Source: Bdellovibrionales bacterium
GTDB taxonomy: Bacteria > Bdellovibrionota > Bdellovibrionia > Bdellovibrionales > UBA1609
Direction of reading: 5' to 3'
NCBI GenBank assembly: GCA_016714165.1
Contig: JADJNU010000001.1
Coordinates: 45,130-109,129, forward strand
DNA: 64,000 bases
This document shows, piece by piece, positions 41,970-51,446 of this stretch. The position numbers were made by a program, and so were the translations under genes. The notes beneath the pieces are model-generated. The model did no database searches, was not told the origin of the DNA, and was given only the letters and a program-made list of their open reading frames with translations. The first letter of the stretch is position 1, and each line of letters begins with the position of its first letter.

Positions 41970-44600
41970 TTGTGGGCGCTAGACTTAATTGAGCAGGAGG
42001 CAATTGTGATACCATTCGATTTTTTCTACGGTATTTTTGATAATCAGGATCCAATTTGGGTGGCGTGGGTTGCGACAATTTTGGTCTTTGTTACGATTGG
42101 ATATCTCGGCGCTCCTATATGGGCTTGGTCTGTCGCAGGCTTGTTAACGCTTGTGGGCTGGGGATGCCCTGCTATTTTGATTTATGCGGTCGCCGCTGTT
42201 TTGCTGATAGCAAATTTGAGGCCTCTTCGTCGAATTTTGATTTCTTCGGTCGTAATGAAAGTAATGAAGGTTCTTGGAGTTATTCCCAAGATCAGTGCAA
42301 CTGAGAGAACAGCGCTGGAGGCTGGTGTTGTTTGGATGGAGAAGGAATTGTTTTCGGGGCGTCCGAATTTCAAGCTCCTCATGAGTCAAGCTTTTCCAAA
42401 ACTCAATAAAGAGGAAGAGGATTTTCTCAATGGGCCGGTTGAGGAACTTTGCAGGATGGTTGATGATTGGAAAATCTATAAAGAGCGAGACATTCCTCCC
42501 GAGGTGATAGATTATATAAAGAAGAAGAAATTCCTGGGAATGATTATTCCTAAGGAATATGGTGGATTAGGATTTTCTCACTACGCTCACAGTCAGGTGA
42601 TTCATAAAGTTTCTTCGCGATCTGCGGCCGTAGCTATTTTTGTGATGGTACCGAATTCCTTGGGACCGGCAGAACTGCTGAACCACTACGGCACGAAGAA
42701 ACAAAAAGACTATTATTTACCTCGTCTTGCAGTCGGGGATGAGTTGCCTTGCTTTGGGCTCACTGAGCCGACAGCGGGAAGCGATGCGGGATCGATACTT
42801 TCTTATGGAATATTGTTTAAGGGCGAGGATGGCAAAATTTATGTTCGTATGACCTGGAAAAAGCGCTGGATTACTTTGGCTTCAATTGCAACGGTGCTCG
42901 GGGTTGCATTTCGCCTGCGCGATCCTGAGAATTTGCTGGGACGAGGTGAAGATTTAGGTATCACCTGTGCCTTGGTCCCTGCAAAGACAAAAGGGGTTGT
43001 TCTCGGGCGGCGCCATGATCCTTTAACCATTCCTTTCAACAATTGTCCCATGGAGGGTCACGACGTTGTCGTAAACGCTGAGGATTGTATTATCGGCGGC
43101 ATTGAGGGAGCGGGCAAAGGGTGGAAGATGTTGATGGAGTCGCTGGCTGCGGGCAGAGGGGTGTCTCTTCCAGCGCAAGGAACGATGGGTGCAAAAGTAT
43201 CAGCCAGGGTGGCCTCCGCTCATGCCGTGGTTCGTAAACAATTTGGTGTTTCTCTTGGAAAATTCGAAGGCATTGAAGAGCCTTTAGCACGAATTGCTGG
43301 CGCCACCTATTATCTTGAAGCCCTTCGCAAGTACGTGTTGAGTGCGTTGGATCAAGAAGTGAAACCACCTGTTGTAACAGCCATGGCGAAGTACATGGCG
43401 ACCGAAGGAATGCGCAAAGCCTTGTCGGACGGAATGGATATCATCGGTGGACAGGGGATCAGTATGGGAGCTCGCAACCTTCTTGCTATTCCTTATATTG
43501 GTGCGCCTATAGGTATCACTGTTGAAGGTGCTAATATTTTGACCCGTACGCTTATTATTTTTGGCCAGGGAGCAATGCGTGCACATCCCTTTGCTTTTCG
43601 TGAAGTGGATGCGATTGAAAAAGGTGATTTGAAAGAATTTGACCTCGCGTTTTGGGGCCATATCGGACATGTGGTTCGAAACCTGTTTCGCTCCGTTGTT
43701 TTAAGTCTCACTCGCGGGCGATTTGCCTTTACGGGCAGGCCTTTTGCGGTTCGTCGGTATGCCCAAAAATTGAAGTGGGCCTCTGCCTCTTTTGCTATTA
43801 TGGCTGATGTTGCAATGGGAACTCTCGGTGGTCAGTTGAAGATAAAAGAGAAATTGACTGGCCGCTATGCTGATATCTTGAGTTGGATGTTCATAGGAAC
43901 TGCGGTGCTTCGGCGATGGGAGGCAGAGGGCTGCCGCAAGGAGGACCTGCCTTTCGTGCACTATTCAATGCGACATTGTTTGGGGGAGATACAAGATTCT
44001 TTTGATGGAATTTTTGGGAATATGCAAGTTCCTGGCTTAAGTTGGTTTTTTACGCGTCCAATGAGATGGTGGTCTCGCCTGAATTTTTTCACTCAGGGAC
44101 CGGACGATCGTTTGAGCCATCAGGTCGCTTCTCTCATTCAAATTGAGGGAGAGCAGAGAAATCGTTTGACTGACGGGATGTACATTCCAAAGGGGACAAG
44201 CGACGCCCTTGGATTGTTAGAGGCTGCCTTTTCAGCTGCTCATCGGTCAGCTGCGGTAGAAGCAAAGCTTCGTAAAGCGGCAAAAGATGGCTACCTCCCT
44301 CGGAAGAGACGGCCTTCTGCTTTGTTGGATGAGGCTCGGCAAAAGGGCATTATTGACCAGGCGGAATATGATGTTATTTTTGAGGCAGAGAAACTTCGCT
44401 TAAATTATGTACAGGTAGATGATTTTTCCAATGAGGAACTTGTGGCAGCGAGAGGTATTCCCGCGACGGAGCACAAATTTCATCTTCCTGAGGAGCCTGC
44501 ATCCGGAAAGTCATCAGATGGCACAAATGGAAAGTCAGCTGCCGGCGGTATCGGCCTAAAGGTGGGCAAGGAAAACTCGGGTCAGCCTGGACGGGTTTAG
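41970..44600 (+). CDS. fadE: Large membrane-anchored acyl-CoA dehydrogenase (FadE type)
   Basis: Collinear with E. coli FadE as I recall it: MIIPKEYGGLGFS, VPNSLGPAELL, GLTEPTAGSDAGS, ITLASIATVLGVAF, GITVEGANILTR. GTG 42006 after AGGAGG is a likely alternative start. Confidence 0.92.
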   Translation: MWALDLIEQEAIVIPFDFFYGIFDNQDPIWVAWVATILVFVTIGYLGAPIWAWSVAGLLTLVGWGCPAILIYAVAAVLLIANLRPLRRILISSVVMKVMKVLGVIPKISATERTALEAGVVWMEKELFSGRPNFKLLMSQAFPKLNKEEEDFLNGPVEELCRMVDDWKIYKERDIPPEVIDYIKKKKFLGMIIPKEYGGLGFSHYAHSQVIHKVSSRSAAVAIFVMVPNSLGPAELLNHYGTKKQKDYYLPRLAVGDELPCFGLTEPTAGSDAGSILSYGILFKGEDGKIYVRMTWKKRWITLASIATVLGVAFRLRDPENLLGRGEDLGITCALVPAKTKGVVLGRRHDPLTIPFNNCPMEGHDVVVNAEDCIIGGIEGAGKGWKMLMESLAAGRGVSLPAQGTMGAKVSARVASAHAVVRKQFGVSLGKFEGIEEPLARIAGATYYLEALRKYVLSALDQEVKPPVVTAMAKYMATEGMRKALSDGMDIIGGQGISMGARNLLAIPYIGAPIGITVEGANILTRTLIIFGQGAMRAHPFAFREVDAIEKGDLKEFDLAFWGHIGHVVRNLFRSVVLSLTRGRFAFTGRPFAVRRYAQKLKWASASFAIMADVAMGTLGGQLKIKEKLTGRYADILSWMFIGTAVLRRWEAEGCRKEDLPFVHYSMRHCLGEIQDSFDGIFGNMQVPGLSWFFTRPMRWWSRLNFFTQGPDDRLSHQVASLIQIEGEQRNRLTDGMYIPKGTSDALGLLEAAFSAAHRSAAVEAKLRKAAKDGYLPRKRRPSALLDEARQKGIIDQAEYDVIFEAEKLRLNYVQVDDFSNEELVAARGIPATEHKFHLPEEPASGKSSDGTNGKSAAGGIGLKVGKENSGQPGRV

Positions 44601-44632
44601 ATTCTTGTATTAAAGATCACTTCGTTTAAAAA

Positions 44633-44656
44633 CCAAAGCCAAAGCCAAAGCCAAAG
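44633..44656 (+). repeat. Hexanucleotide repeat (CCAAAG) x4
   Basis: Read directly from the sequence. It forms the 5' arm of the fadE terminator hairpin. Confidence 0.9.
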
Positions 44657-44676
44657 AAAAATAGCTTTGGCTTTTT
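44647..44676 (+). terminator. Rho-independent terminator of fadE
   Basis: AAAGCCAAAG-aaaaatag-CTTTGGCTTT hairpin running into a T-run. Confidence 0.7.
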
Positions 44677-44678
44677 AA

Positions 44679-44694
44679 TGGCGCACTCTTTGCA
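44679..44694 (+). promoter_or_regulatory. Sigma-54-type -24/-12 promoter candidate (TGGCGC-N5-TTGCA)
   Basis: One mismatch to the core consensus. It lies 46 nt upstream of ATG 44740 and directly follows the fadE terminator. Confidence 0.5.
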
Positions 44695-44739
44695 AGAACA
44701 GGACGAAAACTTTCCTGAAATGTTCCTTTGGAGGAATCA

Positions 44740-45225
44740 ATGAAAAAAATGCTTTTGATGTTTTCGATCTTGTTAACTTTTCCTGTTTGGGGCCAGTCCT
44801 CTGGCCAAATATTGGAATGTTCCAATCTCAAGACGAAGGATAATAAGGACGGTCCGGTAATTCGAATCGGCATGTATCCTGTCAGCTTCGATAATACATT
44901 TTTTTGGGTCAGTATTGAAGGAGTGGGTGCTTCGAGTGCCTTGGGATATCAGGTTGGGAGCAGGGAAATGTCTTACGTGGAAACAGACGGGGCCATGAAG
45001 GTCGAGTGGAAGGGGCAATTGGAGGAAGGCGCAGAGAGAGTCTTCCTTTCGATAGATGCGACCAAGAGCCAAACAGAAGGTACTTTTAACATCACTTCGT
45101 TGACAGTCCATTCGGCGCTGATACCACAGGTCATGTTGAGGACAACTTTGGGACAGTACGTTGGAAGGTTCGAGAATGGGAACTGTCGTTTCATTTCGAG
45201 CACTAGAAAATCAACTCCAGATTGA
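44740..45225 (+). CDS. Hypothetical secreted protein
   Basis: ATG 44740 after GGAGGA. Signal peptide MKKMLLMFSILLTFPVWGQ. Confidence 0.65.
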   Translation: MKKMLLMFSILLTFPVWGQSSGQILECSNLKTKDNKDGPVIRIGMYPVSFDNTFFWVSIEGVGASSALGYQVGSREMSYVETDGAMKVEWKGQLEEGAERVFLSIDATKSQTEGTFNITSLTVHSALIPQVMLRTTLGQYVGRFENGNCRFISSTRKSTPD

Positions 45226-45409
45226 ATATCAGATTGAACTGAAAGCAGGTCTCCCTAAAAATGACCACTCATTTTGGGTCGCTGTAAAACAGTTTTTCAA
45301 AAAAGGCGAAATAGACAGAGTAAGCCTGTTCTGCTCTGGCCTTACGAGTTAAGGGCGAGAACGTCCTTTGCATTACCCTTTTGCAGGTGGTTATCGGGTA
45401 GGAGGGGTT

Positions 45410-46078
45410 ATGTATCAGATTGGATTGGTTGGGAAGCCGAGTTCATTGCGTCACAAAGTGAATCAAATTCTGAGTGCTAATTTTGATTTTCACGTCCTTG
45501 TATTTTCCAATTCAAGTCAATTGGTCATGGGATTTAATCACTTTAGTTTTAGTGCCTTGATTGTGGTTCTTGATGGTCTTCAAGTAAGTCAGCTAAATCA
45601 ATTAAAGCTAATTGACAGGAATGTGCGACGTATTCCAATGATTTTCATTGCCCCTGAGATGTCTCCACAGGTTCGAGCTAGCCTGAAAACTATTCGTTAT
45701 AACAGCCTTTCAATATTGGACGGACGAAGCGAAGTGAGCGGCCTTTGCCCTGTCGTTGCGAAGATGAACGATGGGCAACCCGTTTTAAATAGGGCCTATG
45801 CCCGGTATGAGACCAATCAGGTGGGCGAGCTTGCCATGGGGAATGAAGCAAAGGGTCGAGTTCGCATTGTCAATCTCTCTTCAGGCGGTGCCCAGTTGGA
45901 ACTCAAAGACGGCAATTTTGGCGAGGGCGATGACATTGTTTTAAATGTGAGGAGTTTGAGAAAAACATCCTACGGAATTCGTGGAAAAATCAAGTGGCGT
46001 GATAACAAAACGAAGCGTGCCGGAGTCGAATTTTGTCTTCCCACTGAAAACCAGAGGCCAGGTTTGACCCTGGTTTAA
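45410..46078 (+). CDS. PilZ domain protein with a degenerate receiver-like N-terminal domain
   Basis: ATG 45410 after AGGAGG. PilZ motifs RAYAR (RxxxR) and NLSSGGA (D/NxSxxG). Confidence 0.8.
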   Translation: MYQIGLVGKPSSLRHKVNQILSANFDFHVLVFSNSSQLVMGFNHFSFSALIVVLDGLQVSQLNQLKLIDRNVRRIPMIFIAPEMSPQVRASLKTIRYNSLSILDGRSEVSGLCPVVAKMNDGQPVLNRAYARYETNQVGELAMGNEAKGRVRIVNLSSGGAQLELKDGNFGEGDDIVLNVRSLRKTSYGIRGKIKWRDNKTKRAGVEFCLPTENQRPGLTLV

Positions 46079-46126
46079 GAATAATTAAAACACGATCTGG
46101 TGTAGATCTGAAATAAGGTGTCTCAG

Positions 46127-47374
46127 TTAGGGCTTCAATTGAGTTTTCCGAGCAGGATCAATGAACAATCTAACTGCCAATTCAAAAATTTGAGTATTTT
46201 CGATGGTACCATGAATTTGATCTGCGCCGGGACCCATAGCGAAGAGATCTACATCGGAAGAAGTATGAGGAGCCTTGGGCTGGCTGACATCTCCCGGCAC
46301 ATCAGTGGATAGTCGAACAACTGGATACGAAGTTCCAGAAGATTTAAGGCCCTTCACCAGAGGAATATTGAACTTTCCGGAATCAACTTCTTTTGTCCAT
46401 AATCCTCCTTCAGGAACAGGATCATTTATGGCCAAGCCACCCGTATCGTGATCGGCGGTCACCAAAATGAGAGTCTTATCCTTCAGTTTATTTTTTTCCA
46501 GCCACTTGATAGTATGATCAATAGCCAAATCCAGCTCTCGAGCAGCATACAAGGCCTGAGGGATATTCCGGCTGTGGAGGGATTCGTCAATATCCTCCGA
46601 TTCGACCATCAAGAAAAATCCATTTTTAGAGGCGGAGAGGCAATCAAGGGCCAATTCGCTCAGGTTCATGAGCGTGAGTGGACCCGTCGAATCTGTTTCA
46701 ATGGCGGGAGGGAGTGACTCATCCGCAAAGGCTCCAATAATATTCTGATTCGCCCCCTCACACTTTTTGGCGGAAAACACATTTCTTTCGATGGAAAAAT
46801 GCTTCCTCAATAAGCTCTCTTGGGATTTAAGATCCTTCCAACCTCCTCCCATTATCAGATTGACAGGACTCAGGCTTAAGTCCTGAACAATTCTCTCTGT
46901 GTTTTTGCGGCTATCAACGTGGGAGTAAAAGGCCGCGGGCGTCGCATCAGTGACGTGAGTCGTTGTGAGGAGACCCACTCTTTTTCCAGTCTTCGCCGCC
47001 TTTTCCAAAAGGGTTGCCACGGGGACGCTCGGTTTCTGGCTATTCGCGTCCCTGATCACTGACAGCGCCCCATTTGGGGCCTTCTTTCCTGTGGCCATTG
47101 CTGTGGCGGCTGCTGCCGAGTCAGTGACCCAGTTCTCCAGCGAAGAAGTTTTTACCTTTGCTGTGTGTGGAAAGCTATCTATTGTGAGCGCACCGCCTTT
47201 TCCATAGAACTGCAGGCGAGTGGCATTGATAACATTTGACCCCATTCCATCGCCAATAAAAAGGATTAAATTCTCAGGATTTTTCTTCGAAGGAGCGGCG
47301 CTAGTGGCAAAGGTCAATTGACTGATTAAAAATAAAACGAGAAATTGAGATCCAATTGAGAGAACGCCGGACAT
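46127..47374 (-). CDS. Alkaline phosphatase (PhoA family), secreted
   Basis: Motifs FIGDGMG, VTDSAAAATAMATGKK and VTADHDTGG. Signal peptide present. Confidence 0.9.
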   Translation of the reverse strand: MSGVLSIGSQFLVLFLISQLTFATSAAPSKKNPENLILFIGDGMGSNVINATRLQFYGKGGALTIDSFPHTAKVKTSSLENWVTDSAAAATAMATGKKAPNGALSVIRDANSQKPSVPVATLLEKAAKTGKRVGLLTTTHVTDATPAAFYSHVDSRKNTERIVQDLSLSPVNLIMGGGWKDLKSQESLLRKHFSIERNVFSAKKCEGANQNIIGAFADESLPPAIETDSTGPLTLMNLSELALDCLSASKNGFFLMVESEDIDESLHSRNIPQALYAARELDLAIDHTIKWLEKNKLKDKTLILVTADHDTGGLAINDPVPEGGLWTKEVDSGKFNIPLVKGLKSSGTSYPVVRLSTDVPGDVSQPKAPHTSSDVDLFAMGPGADQIHGTIENTQIFELAVRLFIDPARKTQLKP

Positions 47375-47520
47375 AAAATCCCTCTTTTGATGAGTGGGTG
47401 AAAAAACTCACCAGCGGAAAGATAGTGGAACCTTCAGATTCACACAATCAAAAAGGGTGAATTTAAAAAAAAATTCAATTGCTGTCATGCCAATACGTGA
47501 GACCTTCGAGTCTGGTTTGA

Positions 47521-49353
47521 TCAGCCCCTCGATTGAAGTTCAATCCATGACATGACTTTTTCCTCCAGGATATTGAGAGGAAGAGAGCCATACCGGAGGA
47601 CTTCATCGTGAAACAGAGGGAGTTCAAACTTGTCTTTGAGTTTTAGTTTCGCTCTTTCTCGGAGGTCCAGAATTTTTATCATTCCGATCTTGTAGGCGAT
47701 AGCCTGCCCCGGTGAGATGAAATAGCGTTCCACTTCCACCAATGCCTCGCGTTCATCAATCGGAGTTTGGTCCGTTAAGTACTTGATGGCTTGTTCTCTG
47801 GTCCACTTTTGAAAATGGATCCCAGTGTCGACCACGAGGCGACAGGCCCTCCAAAGCTCCATCGAAAGACGCCCAAAATTTGAATAGACGTCACTGTAGC
47901 TGCCGAGTTCCTTAGGAAAATACTCGGCATAAAGTCCCCAGCCTTCGATGAAGGCAGTGGATGAGGTGTAGCGTCGAAAACGAGGAAGTCCTTTCAATTG
48001 TGTCGCGATTGCGATTTGCAAATGGTGGCCTGGTAGGCCTTCGTGATGCGCCAGAGCTGCCATTGCCCATTTTGGCAGTGCTTTCATGTTATGCGTGTTG
48101 AGGTAGTAGATTCCGGGTCTTTTTCCGTCCTCTGATGGACTCTCATAAAAAGCAAGGCTCGCCGATTTTTCACGAAAAGGCTCTACGGATTTCACAATTA
48201 AATCGACATTTGGCCTCATCGTCAACAAACGGGAGAGGTTCTCATTCATACCTTTAATGAGATTCTCAACCTCTGAGATATACTGGTTTCGCCCGCTTTC
48301 GGTATTAGGAAAGTAAAAGAGGGGACTGTTTTTCATGTAGCGAAAGAAGTCTTTCAGATCTCCTTTGAAGCGCAATTGCTTCGCAACCTCACTTATTTTA
48401 GATCGAATGCGAGTTACCTCAGATAGACCCAAAAGATGAATTTCCTTAGCGGATAGGTCGGTTGTTGTGTGCTTATGGAGTTGAGAATTGTAGTAAGCTT
48501 CACCCTGTGGAAGAGCCCAGACGCCATGATTGAATTTTGCTTTTAGATCGAGTTTCGTCCAATAAGCCAAAAATTTTCGATACGCAGGAGCCATGTTTTT
48601 TTGTAAAGCGAGGCTGAGATCGTCAGAAAGTTGCTTTTTTGTGAGGTCGGACAGGCCCTTCACTTTTGAAATCTTCGCCGTAAAGTCTTCGTAGATGGGA
48701 TTCGTAATTCTAGGGTCATTCGTGAGAGGAAATCCTCTCAACAAATTTTTGGTGTCTCTTTTTACTTTCTCAAAAACAAATTTGGGTGGAATTATCCCTT
48801 TTCGTTCGCGGATTGCCATACCTTCTAGAACTTGGTCCATTTGAGTTGAAAAAGCAGAAACTCGTGAGATATAAGCGAGAGCTTCATTTTCATTTTCGAT
48901 TGTGTGTTTGTTGATTAGAAATGCGGGAAAGTTTGATTGATATCCAAACATTTGGTTGAAAGGATGGGAGTGAAATCTCCATTCATATTCACTCAATTTC
49001 TGTTTTGCTTCGGTTTCAAAGAGACGGTAGCTTGTTTGTTCTTCGCTGCCAAGAGAATCAAACTTAAAAGAATGGAGTTCCTGGAGAGTTTTCTTGGTTC
49101 GCTCGTTTTCAATTTTTTGAAATTCCTCTGAATAATCATCTAGCTTGTTGTAATCAGTTTTAACTCCTAATTCGGTTTGCAATTGGGGTGAGTTTTTTAG
49201 CTCGGTTTCAAATGACTCTTCAAAAAATCTATTGATTCTAGCTGACTCACTTTCTGAGTCAGACATTTGTGGAGTTTCCCTTATCTGATGGTGGCAAGAC
49301 GAAAACAAAACAAAATTCAGAAAAAAAATAGAAGCTGCAAACCAAGGCGCCAT
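47521..49353 (-). CDS. DUF885 family protein (metallopeptidase-like)
   Basis: HHEGLPGHHLQ motif and overall length typical of DUF885. Signal peptide present. Confidence 0.8.
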   Translation of the reverse strand: MAPWFAASIFFLNFVLFSSCHHQIRETPQMSDSESESARINRFFEESFETELKNSPQLQTELGVKTDYNKLDDYSEEFQKIENERTKKTLQELHSFKFDSLGSEEQTSYRLFETEAKQKLSEYEWRFHSHPFNQMFGYQSNFPAFLINKHTIENENEALAYISRVSAFSTQMDQVLEGMAIRERKGIIPPKFVFEKVKRDTKNLLRGFPLTNDPRITNPIYEDFTAKISKVKGLSDLTKKQLSDDLSLALQKNMAPAYRKFLAYWTKLDLKAKFNHGVWALPQGEAYYNSQLHKHTTTDLSAKEIHLLGLSEVTRIRSKISEVAKQLRFKGDLKDFFRYMKNSPLFYFPNTESGRNQYISEVENLIKGMNENLSRLLTMRPNVDLIVKSVEPFREKSASLAFYESPSEDGKRPGIYYLNTHNMKALPKWAMAALAHHEGLPGHHLQIAIATQLKGLPRFRRYTSSTAFIEGWGLYAEYFPKELGSYSDVYSNFGRLSMELWRACRLVVDTGIHFQKWTREQAIKYLTDQTPIDEREALVEVERYFISPGQAIAYKIGMIKILDLRERAKLKLKDKFELPLFHDEVLRYGSLPLNILEEKVMSWIELQSRG

Positions 49354-49460
49354 ATTGATATCTCCCCATTCTGTGAACGTATGTCTCTGATCTTACTTGA
49401 AAAACAGAGAGACGGTGACTCGAATTTAGTTAACTCATTGTCAAAGTCAACGGAAGATTT

Positions 49461-49655
49461 GTGAAGATGATTCTAGTACTGTTAATGTTAACTGGAACCT
49501 TTCTTTTTTGTTTCTTTTATTTTCACAATTATCGATTGAGGAGTTTCAACAAAGAAATTTTGAGGAGAGAAGCTCTGATTGATACGATCCGCATTTCGTC
49601 CTGGGTTGTTGATCAAGAATGCGATGTCCTGTCGATCGACCTGTCGTTAGTCTAA
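49461..49655 (+). CDS. Possible small membrane protein or sensor-gene remnant
   Basis: One TM (ILVLLMLTGTFLFCFFYF), followed by a segment resembling the start of a PAS domain (EALIDTIRISSWVVDQECDVLSID), then a stop. Confidence 0.3.
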   Translation: MKMILVLLMLTGTFLFCFFYFHNYRLRSFNKEILRREALIDTIRISSWVVDQECDVLSIDLSLV

Positions 49656-49723
49656 AAATCACAGAATAAAAAGAAAATGGAAAGTATTCATAATACAATG
49701 GAAAATCCAAGGGAGGGATTGCT

Positions 49724-50767
49724 ATGTATCCGTTTTGTAACTTGGTGTTTGAAGGTGGAGGAGTCAAAGGCTTGGCCTATGTGGGAGCAATGGAAGTTCT
49801 CCAAGCCGAAGGGATATTGGGTCATATTCACCGAGTCGGGGGAACCAGTGCGGGGGCAATCAATGCCACTCTATTTGCTCTAGGGTATTCACTTTCTGAA
49901 CAGAATGAAATATTGCGTGGGATGAATTTCAAGGCCTTCATGGATGATGAATGGGGTGTTGTCCGTGATTCGGAACGATTGCTGACCCACTTTGGTTGGT
50001 ATAAAGGTGATTTCTTTCATCAATGGATTTCAAAACTGATCGCCGAAAAGACGGGAAGCCCAACCTACACTTTTGGTGATCTTTGGTTGGACGATGGTCC
50101 TGAACTTTATATGTGTGCCACGAACGTCTCAACTGGCTACATGGAGATATTCTCTCACGAGCTGACTCCAGCGATTACCATTGCAGATGCAGTTCGTGCC
50201 TCAATGTCGATACCACTTTTTTTTCAAGCTGTTCGCGGGGCTTCGGAAAGTTGGCTGATTGATGGTGGGGTGCTCTGTAATTACCCGATTAAGCTTTTTG
50301 ACCGTCTAAAGTACATTTCGCCGATTGAGCAGGAATCCTACGCTCGATTCACTGACTACTACAAGGAGCACAACTCTTCGAATCAAACGAACAAATCCAA
50401 TCCTTGGATTTACAATCGCCAAACTCTCGGGTTTCGATTGGATTCCAAAAAGGAGATCGGGATATTGAGAGATGAGCAAAAACCTGAAGTTCGGGAAATC
50501 AATGATCTATTTGATTTTGTTAAATGCCTCATGAGCACTTTGATTGATGCTCAGGACAACAGCCATCTTCATTCAGACGACTGGCAGCGAACAGTTTACA
50601 TTGATACCTTAGGCGTTGGAACGACTGACTTCGATATCAGTGACGGAAAGAAGGCGGAATTGATTGCTTCGGGAAAAGATCATACGCAAAAATATTTGGA
50701 TTGGTGGAAACGTGAGCCGGAGATCGTAAATAAGCTTGCTCCGGTCTCCACATCCAAAGTTTCTTGA
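49724..50767 (+). CDS. Patatin-like phospholipase
   Basis: FEGGGVKG oxyanion motif, GTSAGA (GxSxG) and a downstream DGG catalytic Asp motif. Confidence 0.88.
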   Translation: MYPFCNLVFEGGGVKGLAYVGAMEVLQAEGILGHIHRVGGTSAGAINATLFALGYSLSEQNEILRGMNFKAFMDDEWGVVRDSERLLTHFGWYKGDFFHQWISKLIAEKTGSPTYTFGDLWLDDGPELYMCATNVSTGYMEIFSHELTPAITIADAVRASMSIPLFFQAVRGASESWLIDGGVLCNYPIKLFDRLKYISPIEQESYARFTDYYKEHNSSNQTNKSNPWIYNRQTLGFRLDSKKEIGILRDEQKPEVREINDLFDFVKCLMSTLIDAQDNSHLHSDDWQRTVYIDTLGVGTTDFDISDGKKAELIASGKDHTQKYLDWWKREPEIVNKLAPVSTSKVS

Positions 50768-50806
50768 GTTTCTTAAAAAAATGATCAATGAAGTCAGCAG
50801 ATCTTT

Positions 50807-51358
50807 TTAAAAGTTCAATGCAAAAACTATATAAGGGAGGCTGTACGAATTCGTGACGTCCACAGTTGTTTCACTTCCTCCCGTTTCATACTTGGTGTAT
50901 TTGAGGTTTCGATAGGTCAGTTGTGGGCCAATGGCGAAAGTGGTGTTTATGGACCAGAGATAAGCGAGATCTATGCCGATTCCACTGCCTCCGGTGAGTT
51001 GGCTCGTCGCGCTTTGCTCGTCTTCAGCACTCAGAAAATAGTGTGCGGTCAACTGCCAGCCGCTCGATCTGTAACCAATGGAGACACCGAGATAATTGTC
51101 CGACACGTCGTTTGTTCCGTCATCTTCGCCCACAACCCCATAGATGCCACCAAAATAAAGTCCGCTTGCCATGGTGTAACCGAATCCCAAGTCATAATTT
51201 AGTTGCGTACCTTTTCCTGTCCCGCCCCCGATGTCAGTAAAGTCGTATTTTTGTGTTGAGTGAAAGACTGCGGCATTTATCGAATACCCAGCTTGATCTG
51301 CGGCGAAGGCCTCGAAGGACAGAAAAAAGAGCGTCAAGGTGACAACCAAAATTCTCAT
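50807..51358 (-). CDS. Small outer-membrane beta-barrel protein
   Basis: Signal peptide MRILVVTLTLFFLSFEAFA. Alternating Gly/aromatic strands. C-terminal FALNF. Confidence 0.7.
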   Translation of the reverse strand: MRILVVTLTLFFLSFEAFAADQAGYSINAAVFHSTQKYDFTDIGGGTGKGTQLNYDLGFGYTMASGLYFGGIYGVVGEDDGTNDVSDNYLGVSIGYRSSGWQLTAHYFLSAEDEQSATSQLTGGSGIGIDLAYLWSINTTFAIGPQLTYRNLKYTKYETGGSETTVDVTNSYSLPYIVFALNF

Positions 51359-51446
51359 AAATGCAACTCCTTGCTAAAAGTGTGACTTCTCCCACTCATG
51401 TTGCCACAGGATTGGTGTCAGCCCAATCAGATTTTGATTCCTCCTC

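Noticed and set aside
44633-44656. The micro-repeats (CCAAAG)x4, and (GGGAGT)x3 at 59034..59051, considered as possible CRISPR or VNTR loci.
   Set aside because: The units are far too short, they have no spacers and no cas genes are present. The first is explained as a terminator arm. The second sits at the doubtful 5' end of the kinase ORF.
47482-47488. A Pho-box half-site, CTGTCAT, upstream of the alkaline phosphatase gene.
   Set aside because: It is a single heptamer, on the opposite strand relative to the gene, with no second repeat at 11-bp spacing.
49724-50767. The patatin phospholipase considered as a CBASS (CapV-like) effector.
   Set aside because: No CD-NTase, cyclase or other CBASS accessory gene is adjacent. 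The neighbours are DUF885 and an OM barrel gene.
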